From NCBI GenBank assembly GCA_038824035.1, contig JAWBBW010000012.1, positions 1 through 39,929 on the forward strand: a DNA stretch of 39,929 bases, read 5' to 3'. The position numbers and the translations under genes are program-made. Positions within the stretch are counted from its first letter, which is position 1, and each line of letters opens with the position of its first letter. Below are positions 1 through 8,175 of this stretch, one piece after another. This DNA comes from Desulfurococcaceae archaeon (GTDB lineage Archaea; Thermoproteota; Thermoprotei_A; Sulfolobales; Desulfurococcaceae). Under the pieces are notes generated by a model. That model was not told the DNA's origin, searched no databases, and saw only the letters and a list, made by a program, of their open reading frames with translations.

Positions 1-1
1 C

Positions 2-217
2 TCCACTATACACCTGGATAACATAGGTAATGAGGCAAGAAAGGTAATACAGGCATCTGATCTGATAATTGCCAAAGGTATGGCTAATTTCGAATACCTA
101 TATGATATTGATCTAGGCAAACCAATCGCGTTTATATTAATACCTAAATGTGATCCAGTTGCGGCCAAGATAGGCTCAAATTCGAGGAATAAACCAGTCG
201 TTTTATTGAAGAAATAG
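2..217 (+). CDS. ARMT1/DUF89 family damage-control phosphatase, 3' end (5'-truncated by the window)
   Basis: Hand translation of frame 2 gives ...ASDLIIAKGMANFEYL...FILIPKCDPVAAKIG...KK* (TAG 215-217). KGxxNxE and KC motifs are typical of the DUF89 C-terminus. Not in the ORF track. Confidence 0.8.
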   Translation, partial: STIHLDNIGNEARKVIQASDLIIAKGMANFEYLYDIDLGKPIAFILIPKCDPVAAKIGSNSRNKPVVLLKK

Positions 218-240
218 GCTTAAAGTTTATTATAGCGTTA

Positions 241-255
241 AATAACACTGTTATT
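241..255. promoter_or_regulatory. Perfect palindrome AATAACA-C-TGTTATT between a TATA-like element and the HTH regulator start; putative operator
   Basis: Sequence 241-255. It follows TTTATTATA (226-234) and precedes the GGTGA SD and the TTG start at 269. Confidence 0.45.
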
Positions 256-268
256 AGGTGACTATGTT

Positions 269-649
269 TTGAAACCATTTTGTGAGATCTTGAATAGGAA
301 AATTATGCCAGCTGTTAAGACATACGTTATCCGTAAACTAGTATTACAATACGGATTCACGCAACTTAGTGCGGCCAAAATACTAGGCATTAAACAGACA
401 TTGGTGAACTACGTTGTAACAGGGAGAAGAAAAGTCAAATATTTAAATATCATCGAGAGTATTGAGGAATTAAGGGATTTCGTGGACGACATGATAATAG
501 ACATAGTGAATGGTTCTACGAGCAGGTTTGATCAATGCAAGCTGTGTAGCTATCTCATCAGCAATGAAAATATATATAGATCTATTTTAAGCGCGATCGG
601 GGAAGAATATATATACGTGAAACCACCGTTTTCAAAGTACACTGGATAA
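269..649 (+). CDS. Archaeal HTH transcriptional regulator (COG2522-like)
   Basis: N-terminal PxCE, HTH-like GFTQLSAAKILGIKQTLVNYVVTGRR and a C-terminal CxxC. GGTGA SD upstream. Confidence 0.75.
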   Translation: MKPFCEILNRKIMPAVKTYVIRKLVLQYGFTQLSAAKILGIKQTLVNYVVTGRRKVKYLNIIESIEELRDFVDDMIIDIVNGSTSRFDQCKLCSYLISNENIYRSILSAIGEEYIYVKPPFSKYTG

Positions 650-1009
650 TTTAATATAGTGTTCCCTAGAAACGCGGTTATTTACGATTTTCACGTCTTC
701 TAGAATTAGTAATTTGCTCTTAAAGCCCACGCCCCCATGGCTATATCCACCTATCCTTAGATCTTTGTGCACAACTCTATGGCATGGGATAGCAATGATG
801 TTCTCGTTGATCGCTAGGCACTTGGCCACGATGCGGGGACTAGTGTTCAATATATTTGCTATATCACTGTACGATACAACTTTACTCATGGGTATCAATG
901 ACACCAGCATGTATATGGCTTCACAAATATCTCTCAAGCCGGCTGCTCTTATTATTACATTTCTATTGCTTTTCTCGAGAACTATTAACCTGTTGACCAT
1001 TGGCATCAC
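632..1009 (-). CDS. ogt: Methylated-DNA-protein-cysteine methyltransferase (short MGMT/Ogt)
   Basis: IPMSKVVSYSDIA...SPRIVA HTH, active-site IPCHRVV, and the GGYS..G...K..LLxxE signature. Confidence 0.9.
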   Translation of the reverse strand: MMPMVNRLIVLEKSNRNVIIRAAGLRDICEAIYMLVSLIPMSKVVSYSDIANILNTSPRIVAKCLAINENIIAIPCHRVVHKDLRIGGYSHGGVGFKSKLLILEDVKIVNNRVSREHYIKLSSVL

Positions 1010-1069
1010 TGAATTATATTTGATTGAACTTTTTACTTATATTACCTAACCTCTATTGACTAATCCCGA

Positions 1070-1603
1070 GTGATAGATATGGTTATGCCAAGCAATACTT
1101 GTGTACATATCGTGGTGGTGAGTGATAAAGTTGTGAAAGGAGAAGAGATCGATCAAAGCGGTGAAGTGGCTAGGCGCATTGTATTAGGGAGAGATCGTTG
1201 TGTCTCGGCAAAGACTATTATAGGGAATAGTTACAGGGATATATTGAAAGTGATCAGAGATTCTAAGGAGCGCGTATTGGTACTCATAGGGGGTACGGGG
1301 CCTGGTCCACGCGATATAACAGTGGATGTCGTGGAATCGATCGCGTGGAGGACCTTGCCTGGTTTTGGCGAGATCTTTCGAAATATATCGTACAATAAAA
1401 TCGGGCCTAGGGCGCTAATTAGCCGCACGGGTCTCTACATACTACATGATGGCAGGATCGTAGTGGTTTTACCGGGTTCACCCAATGCAGTGGAAATAGG
1501 GATGAACATATTGATGGATATTGTGGATCATTTGATCGATGAAATAGATCGGTTCGAAGGACCTCATTTAGGTGATATCCATGACAAGGTGCTTAGCCAT
1601 TAG
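1070..1603 (+). CDS. moaB: Molybdopterin adenylyltransferase MoaB/MogA
   Basis: VSD..D.SG, GGTGPGPRDIT, LPGFGEIFR, ALISR and LPGSPNAV motifs. Confidence 0.92.
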   Translation: MIDMVMPSNTCVHIVVVSDKVVKGEEIDQSGEVARRIVLGRDRCVSAKTIIGNSYRDILKVIRDSKERVLVLIGGTGPGPRDITVDVVESIAWRTLPGFGEIFRNISYNKIGPRALISRTGLYILHDGRIVVVLPGSPNAVEIGMNILMDIVDHLIDEIDRFEGPHLGDIHDKVLSH

Positions 1604-2312
1604 CTTCGATATATGGGGCACTTTATTGGATTTAAATGGAACCTTAAGGCTCATAGCTGAGTCTGCGTCGACTCTATATGGGCTTGAAAACAATTACGTA
1701 ATGAAACAAGTCATGAGATCTCTAGAAGAGGCTAAGGCTTTGCGTAGGACAGCGATAAACATGGATATCAAGGAGGTTTTAGAGAGGTCTAGAGAAATAA
1801 TGGCGAGGAATCTAGGTATTTCAAGAAACCAGGTAACGAGGGTTATCGAATACACGTTTGAGACCATTAATAATTATGATGTCGTATACCCAGATGTCCC
1901 AACAGCTCTTTCGAAATTATTAGAAATGAATGTATATATGGGTGTAATAGGTAATGTGCTTTTCTGGCCTAGTTATTACACAAGGATCTTGCTTGATAGA
2001 ACTGGTTTATCCAGCTATATGAAGCTGGTGTTGTTCTCCGATGAAATTGGTTATTCAAAGCCGGACCGAGGCATTTTCCTGGAGTTCTCCAGGAGATCTG
2101 GATATCCACCAGGCAGAGTGATACACGTGGGGGATAACGTCGTGGAAGATGTGGGGGGCGCGCTATCAGCCGGGTTCCATGCCTTATTAATCAATAGGAA
2201 TATAAAAGGCAGAGTATTTATTCAGGAATTGAAGTCAGGCGTTATAAGTAATTTCCACGATCTACTCGATATTTATAGCGATTTGGAAAAAACAGTGTGT
2301 AGATCTAATTAA
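1572..2312 (+). CDS. HAD-superfamily hydrolase
   Basis: FDIWGTLLD motif I, SDEIGYSKPD, HVGDNVVEDVGGA. The true start may be ATG 1581 after GGTGA. Confidence 0.9.
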   Translation: MISMTRCLAISFDIWGTLLDLNGTLRLIAESASTLYGLENNYVMKQVMRSLEEAKALRRTAINMDIKEVLERSREIMARNLGISRNQVTRVIEYTFETINNYDVVYPDVPTALSKLLEMNVYMGVIGNVLFWPSYYTRILLDRTGLSSYMKLVLFSDEIGYSKPDRGIFLEFSRRSGYPPGRVIHVGDNVVEDVGGALSAGFHALLINRNIKGRVFIQELKSGVISNFHDLLDIYSDLEKTVCRSN

Positions 2313-2367
2313 TAACATCGAAACAAACACGTCTAATCACTTATGCCCCTTTAATGGTGATCAAATA

Positions 2368-2991
2368 GTGGTGTTCATCAGGGATAACGTGTTATATGAA
2401 GGAGTGTTGAGCACGTTATTTGATAGCAAGCCTTATTTAGCGCCAGTTGGTTTCATCAAGGACAATGATTTCGTCGAAATGAGAATATATAAGGGCACAT
2501 TTCTACATGAAGTGTTGAACAAGGTCGATTACGTAGTCATCAATATCACGCATGATCCACTGATGTATTTTCTATTCTGTTTCAAAGAAGAGGTAGGCAG
2601 TGCCGTTTACCATGATTATGTGTTCTTGGACGAAAAAGGCGTTCCCAGATTGATAAACGCGCTTGGTTACGTAGACTTAGTTCTCCTGACAAAAGAGAAT
2701 CGTGACGAGTATACATTGTTTAGATATAGGGTCAAGGGGATTTACGATAATGACAACTACATTAGAAGAGTAGAGCCTTATACCAGGTGTTATAGCTCGA
2801 TAATAGAGGCATTGATATATCTGTCGAAAATACGGTTCATGGTTAGACGCGATCTCAACGAAGCGATGAAGATGTTAGATAATTTCGAGAGATCACTCGA
2901 AATAGCCAAGAAAACATGTAAGAATAGACAATATAGCGAGCTCGTGGAGAGAATAAAAACGGTGGCTAGAAAATGGGTAAGAAACTATTGA
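2368..2991 (+). CDS. DUF447 family protein (flavin-binding split-barrel-like)
   Basis: YEGVLST...APVG...IYKGT...VINITHDP and R...IIEALIYLSK pattern. It sits next to the RFAP synthase. Confidence 0.7.
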   Translation: MVFIRDNVLYEGVLSTLFDSKPYLAPVGFIKDNDFVEMRIYKGTFLHEVLNKVDYVVINITHDPLMYFLFCFKEEVGSAVYHDYVFLDEKGVPRLINALGYVDLVLLTKENRDEYTLFRYRVKGIYDNDNYIRRVEPYTRCYSSIIEALIYLSKIRFMVRRDLNEAMKMLDNFERSLEIAKKTCKNRQYSELVERIKTVARKWVRNY

Positions 2992-3905
2992 TCAAAGCTC
3001 CTTCGAGACTTCATTTCGGCATAGTAAACCCCTTTAGCAATAATTACCGCCTCTATGTTTCAAGTGGTGTGGCCATTTCACAGCCTTCTACAACGGTCGA
3101 GATCCATGTCGATGGAGATTTGTGCTTCGAGGGTTGCAGGAGCGATGAAGTTCAAGCCAAGCTGGGTTGGTTCTTGAGGAAATATGAAGTGGAAAAAGGC
3201 TCAGTGAAAATCATAGAGTGTGTTGATAAGCACGTAGGACTTGGCTCTACTACTCAACTTTTATTATCAGTTGCAAAAGGACTGGCAATTGCCAATGACA
3301 TTGAAATTGATATAGAAACCCTAGCTAGAGAACTAGGAAGAGGCAACATATCAGGTGTCGGCACATACGTATTTACCTATGGCGGATTCGTGGTAGACGC
3401 CGGTAAGAAAGGACCGGAGGATTTCCCGAAGCTACTTTTAAGACTAGAATTTCCAGAGGAATGGAGATTCATAGTGATAATACCACCAGGTAAAGGTCTT
3501 AGTGAAAAAGAGGAGCGAGAAGTCTTCACTCAGCGTCATCCAGTTAAAGAGGAGTTAATATGGAAAGCATCTCATTATCTATTTCATGAATTGATCCCGG
3601 CATTACTTGATAGGGATTTTCACGCATTTGCTAGGGCATTAGGGGTTCTTCAGGAAACCATTGGTATCATGTTTAGCGAATTACAAGGGGGGATTTATGC
3701 TGGTTATTCACAATATGCCGTTAAAATTTTGAGAAAACATGGCATAGAAGGAGTTGGGCAAAGTTCTTGGGGACCCTCCGTATACGGTGTAGTCGAATCA
3801 GAGGATCAAGCCATTAAAGTGCTGAATGAAATAAGGAAGGAGATAGAGGGAAAGGTGTTCATAGCTAGGCCTCAAAATCACGGAGCTGTATTTAATTTGA
3901 ATTAA
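2973..3905 (+). CDS. Beta-ribofuranosylaminobenzene 5'-phosphate synthase family (GHMP fold)
   Basis: APSRLHFG, HVGLGSTTQ, LGRGNISGVG, GGFVVDAG and GQSSWGP. Confidence 0.9.
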   Translation: MGKKLLIKAPSRLHFGIVNPFSNNYRLYVSSGVAISQPSTTVEIHVDGDLCFEGCRSDEVQAKLGWFLRKYEVEKGSVKIIECVDKHVGLGSTTQLLLSVAKGLAIANDIEIDIETLARELGRGNISGVGTYVFTYGGFVVDAGKKGPEDFPKLLLRLEFPEEWRFIVIIPPGKGLSEKEEREVFTQRHPVKEELIWKASHYLFHELIPALLDRDFHAFARALGVLQETIGIMFSELQGGIYAGYSQYAVKILRKHGIEGVGQSSWGPSVYGVVESEDQAIKVLNEIRKEIEGKVFIARPQNHGAVFNLN

Positions 3906-5404
3906 ATAGCGATCGATGCGCCCTCACTCCTCGGATCGTTGGTTAAGCCTGCAACCCCTTTACATAGGAATAATACATGTACATATCCGGGGCCATTATA
4001 GTAGTCTACAACTTCTGTTTTTATGGTTTCATGTGTTTTCACTGGAAATGGAGACTCAACTACCACTTGTTGTCCATTATATGGCTTAGTATATATGAAC
4101 CTGGGGACATCCACAGCTTTAGAGGGATGCATATTATATACAAATATGTTCTCGTATACCCTTAAGTGGAGTTGAGGTCTATAATCTCCTCCAACACATC
4201 CGATTATATATTTAGATCGATCGTCGTCTACCAATAATATGGAAAGTGTGTGTAGAGGTTTTTTCCCCGGTGCTGGGCTATTTGGCAGGCCTTTTGTCTT
4301 GGCGAACCCAACACCTCTGTTTTGTAATGGAAAACCATGGGCCACTAGCCCTGAGCCAAAGGGGTAGAAAAGACTTTGAATAAATCCAATTAGAGTTTCG
4401 CCATCTGACACAGCGAAGAATGTTGTGTCACCTCTATTTATATCAAATGTGCCTGGCTTTGTGGTTACACTGTGTAGTGCCCTTTCAACTTCGCGATAAT
4501 TTATGTAGTAATTGATATCTATCTTCATGTAGTCGGGGTCGCCGAGGTATATATCTCTAAATAAATAAACATTATTAATTGGTTCACTCCATGCAAAGAT
4601 CCTCTCAGGGTCATCAAATCGATATCTATATAGCTCTAGCTCGTAGAGAGCGCTGATCAATTGCAGTGTCGAAGCCCCCTGAGTATTAGGTGGGAGTTCA
4701 TATAGGGTTTTGTTATCGACATTGAGTTTTAATGGCTTAACAGCCGAGCTCTCGTGTTCCATTAAATCATCCAGGCCTATGTCTACACTCTGTTCTTGTA
4801 GCTCGTTCACAACAACCTCCGCTAATTCCCCATAATAAAACTCATCCCATCCACGCGTGGCTATTAGCCTGAGTGCCGTATACAGCTCCTTGTTTACCAC
4901 TAAATCCCCTTGATTGATCCCTCTAAAATACCTAGCCCATTTATACCTGGATAACTCGGCTTCATATACACGCGACGCCGTTGCAAGGGACCAACCTGCG
5001 TGGAATCCGTTATATGCGAGTTTTATCGCTGGTTTGATCAAGGATTCCAATGGCATGGAGGAATACTTCTCATATATATACCCCCATAGGTGGACAAGAC
5101 CTGGCACTGTGACAGTTAGAGGTCCTCGTGTTGGTTTCTCCTCTAGGTATCTATCAACCTTAAACCCTTTTGGCGATTTTCCGCTGGAAGCGATGGCCAC
5201 TATGTCATCCCCCATCACTCCTAGCAGGAAAGCATCTCCTCCTAGTCCACCTAGATGAGGTTGTACCACTGCTAGGACAGCGCTCACAGCTATAGCGGCG
5301 TCAAAGGCGTTTCCACCACTTTCCAATATTTCGATCCCGATTTTAGTAGCCAATGGATGATCAGATGTGACACCGATTTTACCATACGCTGTCTTAATTG
5401 GCAA
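3902..5404 (-). CDS. ggt: Gamma-glutamyltransferase (Ntn hydrolase)
   Basis: GGNAFDAAIA, GLGGDAF, TVPG, ELPPNTQG, catalytic GDTT, QNRG and DPRSEG. Confidence 0.93.
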   Translation of the reverse strand: MPIKTAYGKIGVTSDHPLATKIGIEILESGGNAFDAAIAVSAVLAVVQPHLGGLGGDAFLLGVMGDDIVAIASSGKSPKGFKVDRYLEEKPTRGPLTVTVPGLVHLWGYIYEKYSSMPLESLIKPAIKLAYNGFHAGWSLATASRVYEAELSRYKWARYFRGINQGDLVVNKELYTALRLIATRGWDEFYYGELAEVVVNELQEQSVDIGLDDLMEHESSAVKPLKLNVDNKTLYELPPNTQGASTLQLISALYELELYRYRFDDPERIFAWSEPINNVYLFRDIYLGDPDYMKIDINYYINYREVERALHSVTTKPGTFDINRGDTTFFAVSDGETLIGFIQSLFYPFGSGLVAHGFPLQNRGVGFAKTKGLPNSPAPGKKPLHTLSILLVDDDRSKYIIGCVGGDYRPQLHLRVYENIFVYNMHPSKAVDVPRFIYTKPYNGQQVVVESPFPVKTHETIKTEVVDYYNGPGYVHVLFLCKGVAGLTNDPRSEGASIAI

Positions 5405-5564
5405 GCCATCACCAATTAGAACAAGGTCCAGAGGTATTAATATCCTTAGCCACGGTTAGTTTTTCAATAGCCATGTTGGTAATACATAGATATCACCTAT
5501 ACCTGTCTTTAAAAAACATCCCCGGAACCATAATCTGTTAGACACGTAGAAGGGGTTTCCAGAG

Positions 5565-6416
5565 ATGTCTATAGCGAGTAGGGCAAATATACTTGGTAAA
5601 TTTATCTCGTTATTTAAAACAAGAGATCCTGTTAGAAAAAGCATATTTGATTCAATAGCATTATTGGAAAGGATGATCAGGACACTTGAATCATCTAAGA
5701 GAAGCCTCGAAGTAGTGATGGAGGAACATAAGAAAAGGGTTAAGACGAGTGGCGGAGATAAGGAATTGATCGAGATAATCGATGAAGAAACACGCAACGT
5801 CTCTGGCTATCTCGCGCTACTCACAAAAGTGGTATATGATTTGGCTAGAGTTAGATATAGATTGGAGACATTAGCATATGTAGAGGAACCCATTAAAATA
5901 CTGCCCGAAGTGCTTGACGAGCTTAGGAAAATAGAGCCAGAAATAGAGAAGATCAACCCACAATTGATCAGCCAGATCAAGACAATTGAACAAAAAGTTA
6001 GTAGCATATTGATCACGTCTTCGTCCGATATTATACCTCATACAAGTATCTCGAAAAAGGAAATCACCGAGTCTAAGGATGTTAAAACGATACAAGAGTC
6101 CATGCCTAGTGAAAAGGTAAACGTTAGCTCAAAGACACTCCCGGCACCACCACCGGAGGTAGTTGTGAGCAATGTTGATAAGACAACTACACAACAAGTA
6201 GCTATACCTATTCCCCAGGAACAAAAACCGGGTATCGACTTAGAGGAGGTCCCGTTAAATGTTATTGAGCAATGGCTACTAGATGAGCTGAGAACCTGTG
6301 CAGGGATCTTAGATGTGCAATTATTTGAGAGAAAATATAGAGTAAAACGCGAGAATGTGTACAAAGCATTGAAATCCCTGGAAGATAAGGGATTGATAAA
6401 GATCAAGAGACGCTAA
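5565..6416 (+). CDS. cdvB: Cell division protein CdvB (archaeal ESCRT-III/Snf7)
   Basis: N-terminal coiled-coil helices, a proline-rich MIM2-like TLPAPPPE and a C-terminal winged-helix-like segment. It lies directly upstream of a MIT-AAA ATPase. Confidence 0.8.
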   Translation: MSIASRANILGKFISLFKTRDPVRKSIFDSIALLERMIRTLESSKRSLEVVMEEHKKRVKTSGGDKELIEIIDEETRNVSGYLALLTKVVYDLARVRYRLETLAYVEEPIKILPEVLDELRKIEPEIEKINPQLISQIKTIEQKVSSILITSSSDIIPHTSISKKEITESKDVKTIQESMPSEKVNVSSKTLPAPPPEVVVSNVDKTTTQQVAIPIPQEQKPGIDLEEVPLNVIEQWLLDELRTCAGILDVQLFERKYRVKRENVYKALKSLEDKGLIKIKRR

Positions 6417-6417
6417 T

Positions 6418-6472
6418 ACACACTCTATACTTTTTCTTTGAAGTCACCGAGGGGAAAGATCTATAGAGGTGT
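6418..6472 (+). promoter_or_regulatory. Predicted mRNA hairpin across the cdvB-cdvC spacer that sequesters the cdvC SD and contains a U-tract
   Basis: Hand pairing: ACAC/GTGT, CTCTATA/TATAGAG and CTTTTTCTTTG/CGAGGGGAAAG around a 7-nt loop. The SD GAGGTG is at 6466-6471. Confidence 0.5.
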
Positions 6473-6478
6473 TTATAG

Positions 6479-7624
6479 ATGAGCATGCGTTATTTAGTAG
6501 ATAAGGGTACCGAATACGCGCAAAAAGCTGTCTCAGCCGATAAAGCTGGTGACTATGAAAACGCGATAAAATACTATAGAATGGCAATAGATTTGTTCAA
6601 CAAGTACTTGAAACTCTACCCAGATGCACCATTATCCGATCTATATAGGGAATTGATAATCAAGTATGAGAATAGAATACATACCTTAGAGAAGCTGTTA
6701 GATAAATCAATAAAAATAGGGGCCCCGGTGGGAGAGGGTGGTCAAAGCGATAGCGATCTCGAGGTCCTTTGGCCTGAGAATAGGAAAATAAGCAAGAAAT
6801 TCGACGACCTCGTTGACCTAGAGGATGTCAAGAAAGCGCTTAAGAGAGCCGTGGTTTACCCCGTTAAAACACCGCATTTATATCCACTTGGATGGCCGAA
6901 GGGTATATTGCTTTTCGGACCTCCGGGATGCGGTAAGACGGAGGTATCGATAGCCCTTGCAAATGAGATTGGCGCGGTGCTGATCAATGTGAGCCCGGCA
7001 ACCATTCTAAGTAAATGGCTTGGCGATACAGAGAAAAATGTGAAAAAAGTGTTCGATAAGGCCAGGGAAATAGCCAGCCAGGGTAAACCAGTGATCATAT
7101 TCATTGACGAGGTCGATGGACTTTTCCAACAATTCAGTAACGAAATCGGTGGAGAGAAGCGCATGAGAAACCAATTCTTAATGGAGATGGATGGCTTGAG
7201 GGAGAAGGAGAATAATAAAAACCTGTTATTTGTCATAGGGGCAACGAATAAACCATGGGCCCTTGACATAGGGTTTATACGTAGATTTGAAAAGAGAATA
7301 TATGTTCCGCCTCCCAATAAAGAGATTAGAAAACAGCTTTTCATATACTACATCGATAAATTAAAGACAGCCTTTAAAGTAGGCAATATTGACTATGATT
7401 TGCTAGCCGAGATCACCGAATACTATAGTCCAGCTGATATATCAGCTATTGTGAAAGAAGTTCAAAACAATATAGCAGAGGAATTAAATGAGAAAAACGA
7501 GAACGCGGAGAGATCGATATCCACGGAAGACTTTGTAAAAGTTATTAAAACTAGGAAACCAAGCATAGATCCAGCGTGGATCGATGCCTATAAAGAGTGG
7601 AATGAAAAATATGGTGCCCTATAA
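6479..7624 (+). CDS. cdvC: Cell division AAA+ ATPase CdvC (Vps4-like, N-terminal MIT domain)
   Basis: MIT domain (AQKAVSADKAGDYENAIKYY), LYPLGWPKGILLFGPPGCGKT, SKWLGD, IFIDEVD, GATNKPW and FIRRFEKRIY. Confidence 0.95.
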   Translation: MSMRYLVDKGTEYAQKAVSADKAGDYENAIKYYRMAIDLFNKYLKLYPDAPLSDLYRELIIKYENRIHTLEKLLDKSIKIGAPVGEGGQSDSDLEVLWPENRKISKKFDDLVDLEDVKKALKRAVVYPVKTPHLYPLGWPKGILLFGPPGCGKTEVSIALANEIGAVLINVSPATILSKWLGDTEKNVKKVFDKAREIASQGKPVIIFIDEVDGLFQQFSNEIGGEKRMRNQFLMEMDGLREKENNKNLLFVIGATNKPWALDIGFIRRFEKRIYVPPPNKEIRKQLFIYYIDKLKTAFKVGNIDYDLLAEITEYYSPADISAIVKEVQNNIAEELNEKNENAERSISTEDFVKVIKTRKPSIDPAWIDAYKEWNEKYGAL

Positions 7625-7654
7625 AAGGGACATCGAAATTAAATATCTATTTTG

Positions 7655-7714
7655 ATGATGAAAGTCATGCCTAGTGACCTTTTTAAACGGGATGAAAACC
7701 GCCGGGGTATCTGA
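7655..7714 (+). ncRNA. C/D box methylation-guide sRNA (candidate 1)
   Basis: C ATGATGA 7655-61, 12-nt guide, D' GTGA 7674-77, C' GGGATGA 7689-95, 15-nt guide, D CTGA 7711-14. Intergenic, about 60 nt. Confidence 0.75.
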
Positions 7715-7785
7715 TTAATTAGCCTTTAACACTGTTTATTTTCTAGCTCGAACAGATTTTTGTTATGTCAATGTTTGATATACTG

Positions 7786-7803
7786 AAAAGAAAAATATAT
7801 AAG
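7786..7803 (+). promoter_or_regulatory. BRE/TATA promoter of cren7
   Basis: Purine-rich AAAAGAAAA followed by ATATATAAG (7795-7803), about 25 nt upstream of the GGTGA SD region. Confidence 0.55.
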
Positions 7804-7837
7804 ACCAATCACACTTTATTTTACCATGGTGATAGAC

Positions 7838-8023
7838 ATGCCCTGCACAGAGAAGGTAAAGGTAAAAACACCTAGTGGTAAAGAGCTGGAATTAGTTCCT
7901 GTGAAAGTATGGCAATTAAACCCGAGAGGTAGAAAAGGGGTTAAAATAGGGTTATTCCAAGACCCGGAGTCCGGCAGATACTTTAGGACAAAAGTCCCCG
8001 ATGAATACCCAGTCTGTGGTTAA
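7838..8023 (+). CDS. creN7: Chromatin protein Cren7
   Basis: [52 protein letters not shown]. Start placed at ATG 7838 after the GGTGA SD (the ORF track gives 7826). Confidence 0.96.
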   Translation: MPCTEKVKVKTPSGKELELVPVKVWQLNPRGRKGVKIGLFQDPESGRYFRTKVPDEYPVCG

Positions 8024-8175
8024 TAATATAATCAATTTATTTATATTTTTTCTGAGTTAATTAACAATAATATAATTGATTTATAATTGATTGTTAGGTG
8101 TAGCAATTATTTAACAACCAACTATGTTCAAATTAAATAAATTAATATCATAATATCTTCTACATGGGTCAGGAT

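Noticed and set aside
8024-8163. Very AT-rich spacer with an ATAATTGATT direct repeat, considered as a replication origin
   Set aside because: There are no ORB/G-string motifs and no cdc6/whiP nearby. It is explained as the cren7 terminator plus the pgk promoter.
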